64,000 nucleotides of DNA from Cenarchaeum sp. Its GTDB lineage: Archaea > Thermoproteota > Nitrososphaeria > Nitrososphaerales > Nitrosopumilaceae. The stretch spans positions 1,088,001 to 1,152,000 of the forward strand of contig OZ242221.1 in NCBI GenBank assembly GCA_965206845.1, read 5' to 3'. This document shows positions 39,464 through 49,275 of this stretch, one piece after another. Position 1 is the stretch's first letter. Each line of letters begins with the position of its first letter. The notes beneath the pieces are model-generated. The model made no database searches, was not told where the DNA came from, and was given only the letters and a program-made list of their open reading frames with translations. A program made the position numbers and the translations under genes.

Positions 39464-41476
39464 ATGGTTAAGAGAGCAGACATAACTCCAGACAAGTCAC
39501 TGATTCAAAAGCTTGGACTGGTGGGATACAGAGACATGATCCGCAATTAAGAAGCCTTCGATGCCCATAATCTTACAGAGTGCTCCAAAGATTGCAGAGC
39601 TGCTAATGTGCCTGACAATTACGAACATCTCAGAACGGAGCAGGCGATTGCAGAGCTGCTGGACAATTCCATCGACGCGAGAGTTGAAGGCAGAAAGGAA
39701 ATGATTACTGTGCGGCTAAGCCCAAATGAGAGAATGATTCAAGTCACAGACGATGGGCATGGCATGAACGAAGATGATCTGGCCGATGCAATGACGGTTG
39801 CAAAGGGCACAAAACTAAAAGGACAACTAGGGCAGTTCGGCATGGGGATGAACAGCGCGTGCTCCGCATTAGGGAAAAACTTCGTTATCGCAACATCAAA
39901 GGCCGACTCGGATGAGGAATACCAGACAGAGTACGACGAGGAAAAGTGGCTGTCAGACGAATCAAAAGGTTGGAAGAACCTTGAAATAACTGCAAGAACG
40001 TTGGGCGAAGGTGAAAAATGGCACGGCACAAAAATCACAATCAAAAAACTAAAGGTCCCAGTATATCCAAACCAGGTATCGAAGTTTAAGGAAAGTTTTG
40101 GAACACGCTATGCTCCATACTTGAAGTCCGGCCACATCTCAATAAGGATCAATACGACGTTCTGCATACCGGAAAAACCGGATGTGGTGGAAGGCAGCAC
40201 AAGCGAGGTCAAGATAGGTCTATCAAAAAGCAACAAACTCTGGGGGCATGTTGCATTATTGAAAAAAAGATCTGTACGAGGAGATTATGGCATCCATTTA
40301 TTTAAGAACAAACGATTAATCAAGGCAAATGAAAAATTTGGGTTTTCCGCACACCCAAAACAGGCACAGGTGGTTGGAGCATTAAACATGGATCACGTTC
40401 CGGTTAATTTTAACAAGAGCGGATTCATTGAAGACAGTCTGGAATACCAAGAAGCCCTATCTGCATTTCAGGAATCCCCGGAATTAAAGAGCATATTGCG
40501 CCTAGCCCAATCAAGAAGAGAGATTGTTGCATCTGTAGAGTCAGTGTTTGATTACTTTGGCGGGAAATCACCACAACAGTATTTGGATCGCAGCGTAAAC
40601 TTGAAAATTGCAGGCGAGATATTGGACAAAACACCTAGGCTGGAAGTGAAGATGGACAACAAACTGGTAGATATACGTCTGGAGGCACTGGGAGACCTTC
40701 CTCTTTATACAATAAACGGCGGCAATTCGCAAATCACCGTTGTCATAAACAAGGACAATAGAGCATTCAAATTCGTAAAAAATCCGTTATTTTTGATCGG
40801 GATGATTGCATCGGAAATAAAAATTCTTGCAACGAGTCCCAATTTTGAGAATGTTGTCAAGGAAAGAAATCGGAGCCTTGGTAAGTTTGTAGAAGAATGG
40901 TCCAAAAAACCAGGCGAAGCGAGTTTCAGGGACAGAGAAGTAGAGATACCATATATGGTAAACTACAAACTAGCCAACGATCTGTTTGAACCGCACGAAT
41001 ACCTTAAAGAAAAAATAGGGTTCAGGTTTCAGTTTACCGCACTGTCAACCCTAGTACCATACCTGCACAATTTGCGCGGTAAGGTAGTGTATACAGTGTA
41101 TACAGAACCTGGGAAGGGCGAGTACCTTGCAGACATGCTTGGCCAAAAATTTGACAGCAAGTTTGTTGTGGTAAACAAACCCAAATCCGATATGCTAAAC
41201 ATGCTGTTGCAAATCCCGACAGTAGACAGAATTATTGCGATAAGAGAATACTCGGTAATTGGGGGATCAACAGTGGCAGCTCCGGAAAAGGCCTATCTTG
41301 ATCTGGTAAATGAGGCTGGCCGGGGCGTCCCTGTAGGCGAAACAGAGCTTAGAAAAGTATTTTCAAGCATGCGGAGATACAACCTGATTGATCACACAAA
41401 ATTAAGGACATATGCCAGCTTTACCAAGAGAATAGGCGCCCTTGAGCGCATACTGGGGGACGGACTGCAGTGGTAG
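39464..41476 (+). pseudogene. GHKL (MORC/HATPase_c_3) ATPase fused to an AbiEi-like C-terminal domain; interrupted by a MITE after codon 22
   Basis: ELLDNSIDA, DDGHGM, GQFGMG, HGTKI; C-terminal VAAPEKAYLDL...IDHTKLRTYA; removing the 102-bp insert restores MVKRADITPDKSLIQKLGLVGY-RTEQAIAELLDN (636 aa). Confidence 0.8.
39532..39630. mobile_element. 99-bp family A MITE with 3-bp TSD CAG
   Basis: AGACATGATCCGCAATTA...AATTACGAACATCT flanked by CAG/CAG; homologous to 52577-52714 (reverse complement). Confidence 0.88.
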
Positions 41477-41841
41477 AGCTTCACTTCGCCGATCAGCTGA
41501 AACAGGATAACATAGAAAGAATTCTGGCAGAAAATGACTTTCAAAATGCGTATCCTGTAGAGCAATTCATAATGGATTTCGAAGCGCTTGTACATATCCA
41601 AGAAAAATTACCTGATTGCGTAGTGAGAGGTGGAATGGCCGTGCCCTTTCACATAAATGACAGTACACTACACAGGCTAAGTGTAGACATAGACATTGTA
41701 ACCGGCCATTCAAGAACCGAAGTCATATCCGCAGTGAGTGAAATTAGAAAAACGCTTGGGAGAAAAATAGACATTCCAGATCCTCATATTCCAAGGAGGT
41801 ACCAGATGGTAGGCGGAATGTGCAGACCCGTACAAACATGA
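41470..41841 (+). pseudogene. AbiEii-like nucleotidyltransferase, apparently 3'-truncated
   Basis: CVVRGGMAV...HRLSVDIDIV (GG + RxSxDxD); only 123 aa; overlaps the upstream stop. Confidence 0.7.
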
Positions 41842-42602
41842 GTGGGTTCTTCTGCAAACACGAGTGGTGGATCCGACTGTTCACACCCTGTCGCGACAGC
41901 CCCTCTCCATGCAGAGGATCAGATCTCCAGCGTACGCGCCGGACAGCTGAAAAATTTGATCGCAGAGTATGATGCCCCCGGGCACAGGATCTACAAAACA
42001 TGAAGATCCGGCCCGCATGACTCTTGCTACGGCGAACAGGAAAACCAGCAAGTGGTGCCAAAAAGAGATCCTGCCCTGGGAGATTGGGCGCCTCAGCATC
42101 TAGATCGCCAGCGGAACTAGGCCAGGAGGCTGGAAGCAAGACGCTGGGAGGTGGCCCTGCAGCCAGTCTACAGGAAATGGTGCCGGGTGATCCGGCGACT
42201 ATGTCTTGTGATTCTGCACCGATCTAGCATGACTTTGTGCTAGCCTGGCGCGCGGCTCCGCACAAAACCCACATCCAGATCTTACATAAAGTGCCGCTAC
42301 AAGCGCGAGATCGGCACCAAAACGAGGACATTTAGACACCATCTGTATTTGCAGAAGAACCTATGAAGAGCTGGCCCGTTTGAGACATGGACGGCTGAAT
42401 GCGTAAAGTATTCCACAGGCATGGCATCGGTCAAGTACCGCAGCGGATTATCGCACGACGCCGTGAATAGTGACGTCTTGGATAGTGCGTGTGTGTTTTG
42501 GTGTTCTAGCGGAATATGTGCGGATGTACAAGAAGAGCCACAACTAGGCTCCGGCACCGGAGAACCCAACATTAAATTAGCAACATAGGTGATTTCACAC
42601 TA

Positions 42603-43403
42603 TTGGAAGTGGATGAGCAGGACCTGCCGGAGCCCGGAGAGATCGTACTGGCCACCGTGACTAGGATCATGGACCATGGCGCGTACGTCAGCCTGGACGA
42701 GTACAGCGGCATACAGGGGTTTCTCCACATCTCCGAGATCGCCCCGGGCTGGATAAGGTCCGTCAGCAAGTTCGTCAAGCATGGCGAGAAGAAGGTGCTG
42801 CTGGTCAAGAGGGTGAACCTGGAGCGCTCCGACGTTGACCTCTCCCTCAAGCAGGTCTCCACGGATCAGAAGAAGAAAAAGCTGCTGGAGGTCAAGCGGT
42901 TTGAAAAGTCCCAGACGTTTTTGGAGAGCATCAAGGAGAACGCCGGACTCTCAGACGCCGGGCTGGAGAGCCTGGAGGACGATCTGTACAACAAGTATGA
43001 TTCCATATATGGCGCCTTTGTGGACGTGGCAAGAAACGGCATCGGCGTTCTTGACGGCATGGACATCTCAAAGAAGATATCAGACGCGCTCGAGGACGTC
43101 TGCAAGAAGATACGGCTCCCCTCGGTGGAGATAAGGGGCGTGCTGGAGATCTCAAGCAACCGTCCCGACGGCGTTGACGTGATCAAAAAGGTCCTGACAG
43201 GCGCCAGCAACAGCGAGCGCAGCCCCGGGGTGATGATCACGTACCTTGGGGCGCCAAGGTACAGACTGTCCCTCACCTCGCAGGACTTCAAGTCCGCAGA
43301 AAAGTCACTCAAGCCCATCCTGACCCAGATACGGCGCTCCATTGAGGCAAAGAAGGGGACCTTCAAGTTTGACCGGGAAGAGTCAAGGAAGACCAGGGAG
43401 TAG
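42603..43403 (+). CDS. eif2a: Translation initiation factor 2 subunit alpha
   Basis: LPEPGEIV, GAYVSLDEY, LHISEI, VDLSLK, YLGAPRYR. Confidence 0.96.
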   Translation: MEVDEQDLPEPGEIVLATVTRIMDHGAYVSLDEYSGIQGFLHISEIAPGWIRSVSKFVKHGEKKVLLVKRVNLERSDVDLSLKQVSTDQKKKKLLEVKRFEKSQTFLESIKENAGLSDAGLESLEDDLYNKYDSIYGAFVDVARNGIGVLDGMDISKKISDALEDVCKKIRLPSVEIRGVLEISSNRPDGVDVIKKVLTGASNSERSPGVMITYLGAPRYRLSLTSQDFKSAEKSLKPILTQIRRSIEAKKGTFKFDREESRKTRE

Positions 43404-43405
43404 GC

Positions 43406-43570
43406 ATGAGGTTCCAGATTAGAAGGTGCAGCAGCTGCCGCGCATACACGCTGGAAGAGACATGCCCCAAGTGCGGCGGGCCCGCCGAGTCGGCGCACCC
43501 GGCAAAGTTCTCCCCCGACGACAGGTACATGCGGTACCGGCTCAGGGCAAAGTATGAGGAACAGGCCTAG
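43406..43570 (+). CDS. nop10: H/ACA RNP protein Nop10, not in the ORF track
   Basis: MRFQIRRCSSCRAYTLEETCPKCGG...HPAKFSPDDRY; follows aIF2-alpha. Confidence 0.93.
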   Translation: MRFQIRRCSSCRAYTLEETCPKCGGPAESAHPAKFSPDDRYMRYRLRAKYEEQA

Positions 43571-46209
43571 GGCAGGGTGGCCGAGTTGATCCTGATCTCC
43601 AGTATCTCCGCCTGCCCGAGATCCAGCGGCTCGTTCTGATCGTCGGTCTCCAGCTCGGATATCGCATCTATCACGTCATCCCCCACAAAGACGCTGCCAA
43701 AGGCCACGTAGCCGTCGGCGATCCACGGGGTGCCGGAGTCTATTATGAAGAACTGCGGGTCGGCCCCGCCAAGGGAGGATCCCCTGGCGGCTGCCAGCAG
43801 GTATCCGGCATCGACAAAGTCATCAAATGTGGGCCCCGCGGGAAATCCCGGCGCGGCAGACGCAGGCAGGGCGGCCCCGGGACTGCCTCCCTGCAGCAGG
43901 ATTCCCGGCACGACCCGGTGGAAGAATGCTCCGTTGTACGCGCCGGCATCTGCCTGCGCGACAAAGCCCTCGACCAGCTCGGGCTGCGTCCTCCTGTCAA
44001 GGAGTATGCCTATCTCTCCCTGGCCGGTGCTGATGGTGGCTATCTCAAGCTGCCTCTGCGTGGATGCGACCGGCGGCGCCTGGCCCGGGACATAGTCCTG
44101 GTTCACCTCGTAGATGAACACGCCCACTATGGGGCCGGACTCGGCGGCAAAGCTTGGGGACGAGTAGGCCAGCCGCAGCGGCCCGTCCCCGTCCGCTGGG
44201 AGCTTGACGTTCTTCTCCAGCAGGGCCAGGGTGTTGGGCTGCCAGTCGGGCGCCTGCTCGCCGGTCTCCGGGTTTATGTACACGCGCGGCGAGAACGGGA
44301 TCATGCTTCCCAGCATCGTGTTCTCCCAGAAGAAGTTGGTCTCCGTGGACTGGTCCTCGTGGAGGTACCTTGAGAGCGGTTCCTCGGCTATGCGTATGAA
44401 CCAGTAGTTCTTCTGCTCGTCCCCGCCCCCGTTGAGCACGTAGGTGGGAGGCTCGCTGCCGATGCCCAGGGCGGCGATAAAGATCAGCACGTAGTCGGCC
44501 TTCAGCTCCTGCAGCTTTGCCCACGCGTCGTCGGGGTGGCTCAGCATCATCCTTGCCAGATCGGCTATGCGCTTGTCGTCTGACGTGAAGTTGTCGGCCA
44601 GCGTGGTCCGCTCACCCAGCGTGGTGATCCAGTACCCGTAGTCCCACCAGGCGGCGACTATCGAGTCGGGAGGGGTGCTTGTCCTTATCCACTCCAGCGC
44701 GTGGTGCCAGTCGTTGGAGACCACGCCAAAGCTTGTCCCGCCGTTGAGTATCGTGGGGGGCGCCTTGACGCCGGTGATCCAGTTCCCGTCGGCGGGCGCC
44801 ACGGTGGGTATGATCAGGAGCATGACGATGGCCGCCACGAAGGATGCCTGCATGAGGTTTCTTGTCCTGCCCCGGGACCTCCGGTCCGGATTCTCCGGAT
44901 GAAAGAACATTCCCGAGATTATGGACAGGGCGAGGGCGGAGAGTATGATGACCGCTATCGCGGCAAATATCTCCAGCCTGATAAACGCCGAGCTCACGTA
45001 GACGCCGGTGATTCCCAGGATCAGCGCGAACGCGGCCATCTCGGGCTTTTCCCGGAGGGGGCCGTTGATCTTGCCGGAGAGCAGCAGCCAGGCGCCGATT
45101 CCCGCAAATATCATCAGGACCGACAGGAACCAGAACGACGTGCCGGTGTCGGCCGTTGCGTGCTCTGCCACCGAGTCCACAAGGGGGTGGATGGTCGTCA
45201 GGAACGGGTTGACGGCGTTGAGGTACCGGAAGGAGGGCAGGGGTATGAACTGCTGCAGGGAGTTTACGTAGAGCAGCAGCATGGATCCGGCAAAGCTTCC
45301 CAAGAGAAAGATCAGGCTGTTTCTCAGCCCCGCGGCGCCGCTCCGCGTCTTGATGAGTATGATTGCCGCCATGAGTATGGTCGGCACGACTATGGTTATG
45401 CCGCCCAGGCCGGCGACAAACTCGAGCCCCGGCCTCTCAAATAGGAGGACCGTGCTCAGGAATACGGCCCCAAAGAGCGGGACTATCCAGAGCAGGAACC
45501 TGTGGTCGCTTCTGAAGAACGGCAGGGCCAGGATGAAGATCGCGATCGGTATCACAAAGTACTGTATCCCGCCCCAGGATGCCAGCCCGAAGGAGAGAAA
45601 GAGGCCGCCGGCGGCAACCTTTGCTGCCGCAACCCTCCTGTCTGCGGATCTTATTCCGCTCAGGAAGAGGTACATGGCCAGGAGCCCGTAGAACAGGCCC
45701 ATGGGCTCTGACTTGAACCACCCCATGGTGCCCCGGACGATTATGGCTGGGGAGATCGCAAAGAACAGGGCCGCGAAGAGCCCCGCGCCGGTCCCGCCGA
45801 TGGTGCGCACCAGGGCAAAGATCACCACGGCGGTGAGCGCGCCGACGACCGCGGGAAAGATGATTATGAACGAGAGCAGATCCATGCCGCCGCCAAATAG
45901 GTAGTACGTGGCGGCCGCGGTGATGTGCAGCATTATCTGGGACGTCGCGGAGACGTCCCGGCCGTTGGGATACCATGACATGTAGTCGTGCCATTCGTAG
46001 TACTCCTCAAGCCCGTTCTCCACCAGGAACTCGGTCGCCCTGTAGTTGAAGTAGGGATCAAACTCGTTCAGCTCAAAGCCGTAGTCCGCCCCCTGGAAGC
46101 GGATCATGGACGAGAGCGAGAACGCTATGATCAGGATCCCTATGACGAGCAGGTGGCTGCGCCTGAACTCAAAACCGCGTACAGAGAAGAGCCGGGTATC
46201 AGTTATCAA
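43567..46209 (-). CDS. aglB: Oligosaccharyltransferase AglB (STT3) with a C-terminal cyclophilin-like domain
   Basis: EFDPYF, DSVAEH, WWDYGYW, many TMs; C-terminal YNGAFFHRVVPG..LQGG, QFFI, FGSV..G. Confidence 0.88.
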   Translation of the reverse strand: MITDTRLFSVRGFEFRRSHLLVIGILIIAFSLSSMIRFQGADYGFELNEFDPYFNYRATEFLVENGLEEYYEWHDYMSWYPNGRDVSATSQIMLHITAAATYYLFGGGMDLLSFIIIFPAVVGALTAVVIFALVRTIGGTGAGLFAALFFAISPAIIVRGTMGWFKSEPMGLFYGLLAMYLFLSGIRSADRRVAAAKVAAGGLFLSFGLASWGGIQYFVIPIAIFILALPFFRSDHRFLLWIVPLFGAVFLSTVLLFERPGLEFVAGLGGITIVVPTILMAAIILIKTRSGAAGLRNSLIFLLGSFAGSMLLLYVNSLQQFIPLPSFRYLNAVNPFLTTIHPLVDSVAEHATADTGTSFWFLSVLMIFAGIGAWLLLSGKINGPLREKPEMAAFALILGITGVYVSSAFIRLEIFAAIAVIILSALALSIISGMFFHPENPDRRSRGRTRNLMQASFVAAIVMLLIIPTVAPADGNWITGVKAPPTILNGGTSFGVVSNDWHHALEWIRTSTPPDSIVAAWWDYGYWITTLGERTTLADNFTSDDKRIADLARMMLSHPDDAWAKLQELKADYVLIFIAALGIGSEPPTYVLNGGGDEQKNYWFIRIAEEPLSRYLHEDQSTETNFFWENTMLGSMIPFSPRVYINPETGEQAPDWQPNTLALLEKNVKLPADGDGPLRLAYSSPSFAAESGPIVGVFIYEVNQDYVPGQAPPVASTQRQLEIATISTGQGEIGILLDRRTQPELVEGFVAQADAGAYNGAFFHRVVPGILLQGGSPGAALPASAAPGFPAGPTFDDFVDAGYLLAAARGSSLGGADPQFFIIDSGTPWIADGYVAFGSVFVGDDVIDAISELETDDQNEPLDLGQAEILEIRINSATLP

Positions 46210-46387
46210 CGCATGTGGGCGGGGGCGCAAAGAATATTACTCTTTTGTGGGCTTGTGCGACAAAATACCGCCTGCCGCGCCAAGCCAGGCGTGCAGGCAC
46301 TTCTGCGTGTGCAGATCCATGCCTGGGGGCCTTGCCGGGGCCCACGGTTCGCGCTGTTTAAACACAAAAAGTGCAACGGGTACCACA

Positions 46388-46534
46388 ATGACTGGAACCG
46401 ACACCAAACCGGTATCCGATCCGGCAGAGGATGAGAGTGGCGAGGCGGAGATGGACGGGGAGAGCTTGCACGAGTTTGTAGAGGAGACACTGCGCAAGAA
46501 CAAGGCGGTGTACGAACGGTTGGCCGATACTTGA
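46388..46534 (+). CDS. Small acidic hypothetical protein (48 aa)
   Basis: TTTAAA about 28 nt upstream; C-terminal helix FVEETLRKNKAVYERLA. Confidence 0.45.
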   Translation: MTGTDTKPVSDPAEDESGEAEMDGESLHEFVEETLRKNKAVYERLADT

Positions 46535-46825
46535 GGATAAAACCAGTCTGGCATGATCTGCCGGATGCCCACGAACCTGTAGGCCGTCTCTGGATCCGTG
46601 GCCGGAGAAAGCCCCATGGGGGGATCTGTCTTGGCCCGGATGCCTGGTCAGGATGCGGGCCATATCTTGCACGGTGCGCCGCCGGCTGCCGCTTGGGACA
46701 CGGGGTATCCGGGGCGCACATCCCGGCGCACGGGCAAATGCGTGATCGCGGATCCCTGGATCCCGCGGGCGATCATTCCTATAAAGCTACAATCTGACAA
46801 AGCTTTAATTAGTACAAGCTAAGAC

Positions 46826-47047
46826 GTGAGTCTTATGGGACGAAGCTACCAAGAATGGATAAATCAGCAGGATCAGGCACTAGTTGCCAAGGTTAGAGCT
46901 GGCGACGAGGACAACAAGCCCCTCCTTAACCAGATCAACTGGATCTGGGTTGCAAACCTTATGGCACAAAAGGCGGACCTGAACCCAAGTTCTGCCGAAC
47001 TACTTGACTGGGTAACCTCCGGTCAGATCGACGCAATGAGAAAGTAA
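46826..47047 (+). CDS. Small hypothetical protein with clear expression signals
   Basis: AAAGCTTTAATTA box upstream, long T-rich tract downstream. Confidence 0.75.
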   Translation: MSLMGRSYQEWINQQDQALVAKVRAGDEDNKPLLNQINWIWVANLMAQKADLNPSSAELLDWVTSGQIDAMRK

Positions 47048-47061
47048 GATCTTTCACATAG

Positions 47062-47088
47062 TTCTCTTTTGTTTTTTCTTTTGTTTCT
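47062..47088 (+). terminator. Oligo-T archaeal terminator
   Basis: TTCTCTTTTGTTTTTTCTTTTGTTTCT just after the stop. Confidence 0.5.
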
Positions 47089-47293
47089 AATGTGGACATG
47101 ATCGCGGCTTGGCGCGGGCTCGTCCGGCGGCAGTTTTTTGCTCCCTCATCGGCGATCAGACTGGCACAGCCCGGGTTCCGAGGACTTACGCACGGTTTGC
47201 GGCACATGCGATCGACATAACTCTATAACCCCGTTATGGATTTCAATCATAGTTTAAATAGCAATCTCAAGATTGTTTAGTTAAGTGAAATAA

Positions 47294-47596
47294 ATGCCAA
47301 TAGCAATACTTCCTGACATAGACGAGCAGAGATGTATCGGATGCGCACTTTGTGTGGAAATCTGTACAACTCTCGGTCCAGACGTACTCCGCGTAAAGCC
47401 CGTTGAGGGCTGGAAGAGGGGAAAGGCATTTGTCTTTTATCCGGAGAGATGTATCTCTGACGGCGCATGCATCGGCGTGTGTCCGACAAAGTCCATCTTC
47501 TGGATGAGGCCAATGAACTACACCGCCGGACAGCCGGTACCTCTTCACGCAAACGGAGTCTTCCAGAAAGGCTGGGCAGAAGACGCCGCCCTCTAG
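47294..47596 (+). CDS. 4Fe-4S dicluster ferredoxin
   Basis: CIGCALCVEIC and CISDGACIGVCP. Confidence 0.92.
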   Translation: MPIAILPDIDEQRCIGCALCVEICTTLGPDVLRVKPVEGWKRGKAFVFYPERCISDGACIGVCPTKSIFWMRPMNYTAGQPVPLHANGVFQKGWAEDAAL

Positions 47597-47719
47597 GCGG
47601 AGTCTCTGTACATCTCTTTTTTCATTTTTTAGATGCGACCTCTTCGGGCCGGTCATGCCGCGCGCCCCAGGCTGTTGTACAGGCGGCACGCTGGCCCCTT
47701 TGCATGGCGTATTGTGGTA

Positions 47720-49240
47720 TCATGCCTCTGGGACGTGGTGCGGGTTCTGGCCCATGCGCCTCCTCTCGGTCTTGATGCCCTCTAGCATGGCATCAAGGAA
47801 CGCATCCTCGGGCAGGTACGTCACCTCAAAGCGGTTCCTCTCAAAGAATGTGCGGAACGTCTCCCTTGTCTGCCCAAACCGCTCCGGGGCGTACTCCTGG
47901 CGGCTCATGACGTGGTGGGCCGCAGGGTACATGTCGGAGATCTCGATTGGTATCGGGCCCAGAAACGGGTTGTAGCTGCAGAACTGTACGTCGTCAGACT
48001 CTAGCCTCCTTCTTGCCGCGGCGTACTGCGGGGAGAGGTATGCCGGCTTTATGTCGGCATCCGCGAATATGCACAGGGTTCTCTTCTTTGAGGTGAACCT
48101 GCGCACCATGCGGTGGTACGAGGTTATCTCGGGCCGGAACTGGTCCTCTGCCGCAAAGAGAAAGATGGCCCTGTCCTTGAATTTTGCGGTGCCGTCTGCA
48201 AGGTACTGGTGGTTCTCCGTCAGGACGTCGCCCGCCTCAAAGAGCTTGGGGTGCGCCCGCAGCTTCTTGAAGACGTACTCCCACAGCCTTCCCTCGTGTA
48301 TGGCCTCCCGCGTCCGGTTCACCTCGGCCTTTATGGCGTGCAGGTTGTGCAGGGCCAGGTTGTTGGTGCGGTCGGGGTGGCCAAGGGCGTGCAGCTCCTG
48401 CGGCGTGTGCCGGGAGCAGACCTCGCAGGGGCAGGAGAAGCAGCTCATCTCTGCCAGGTGCCGCGTCCGGTCCTCCGTGATGTACCTGCCCTGCTTCGCG
48501 TACAGCACGTAGGACGCGGAGTCAAACGTGTCGCAGCCCAGGGCGACTGCCAGGGGTATGGTGAGCGGGTGGCCCGCGCCAAAGAGGTGCAGCGGCAGGC
48601 CCGGCGGCATCTGCCTCTTTGCGTGCATGATCATCTGGGCCAGCAGCCTGTACCGGTACGACTTCATGAACTCCACCGGGCTTCCCAGTGCGAGCATCTC
48701 AAAGCCGTACCCCACAAGGGACCTGGTGGATCTCCGGACCAGATCCATGTGCTCGCCGCCCTGTATGGGGCCAGCCCATATCTGCCCGTTGTCGGGGGAA
48801 TCCTCCAGGGTCCTCTTGGAGACCTTCAGGGTGTGCTTCACGTGGCGCAGGGCCACGTCCCGGGGCAGCCCAAACCCCGTGGGTCGGTCCAGCGGTATCG
48901 CGATGTCTGAGTCTATCGCGGTCTCAAAGGATGCCATCTCCTCTGGCGTGACGTCCAGGTCGCCGTACTCCAGCACCTGGTACCCCCCCGAGTCTGTCAT
49001 TACGGGGCCGTCAAACCCTATTATGTCGCGTATTGGCCTGCTGGTGTCGCCGTAGTTCTTTCTTGCCAGGTACGCGTTGGTGATCACAAGCTCGAATCCC
49101 AGCTCGTGAAACTTTGCCGCGGGTATGTTCTGCCTGACCGGGTGCAGGACCGGAACGTACGCCGGGGTGCTTACCCTTCCGTGGTTGGTGGTGAGCACGC
49201 CTATCCTGCCGGCAAGGTCGCTCTTGAGGATCTCAAACAT
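47720..49240 (-). CDS. tgtA: Archaeosine tRNA-guanine(15) transglycosylase
   Basis: TDSGGYQ, PIQGG, HLFGAGHP, CDTFDSASY, CPCEVC, LHNL. Confidence 0.93.
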   Translation of the reverse strand: MFEILKSDLAGRIGVLTTNHGRVSTPAYVPVLHPVRQNIPAAKFHELGFELVITNAYLARKNYGDTSRPIRDIIGFDGPVMTDSGGYQVLEYGDLDVTPEEMASFETAIDSDIAIPLDRPTGFGLPRDVALRHVKHTLKVSKRTLEDSPDNGQIWAGPIQGGEHMDLVRRSTRSLVGYGFEMLALGSPVEFMKSYRYRLLAQMIMHAKRQMPPGLPLHLFGAGHPLTIPLAVALGCDTFDSASYVLYAKQGRYITEDRTRHLAEMSCFSCPCEVCSRHTPQELHALGHPDRTNNLALHNLHAIKAEVNRTREAIHEGRLWEYVFKKLRAHPKLFEAGDVLTENHQYLADGTAKFKDRAIFLFAAEDQFRPEITSYHRMVRRFTSKKRTLCIFADADIKPAYLSPQYAAARRRLESDDVQFCSYNPFLGPIPIEISDMYPAAHHVMSRQEYAPERFGQTRETFRTFFERNRFEVTYLPEDAFLDAMLEGIKTERRRMGQNPHHVPEA

Positions 49241-49275
49241 GCCTGCGCGTTGGGCAGCGGGTTATTAATTCCCAT

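Noticed and set aside
46388-46800. Possible antitoxin plus Fic/Doc toxin remnant
   Set aside because: The small ORF's C-terminus is only vaguely antitoxin-like and no HPFxxGNxR motif is present downstream.
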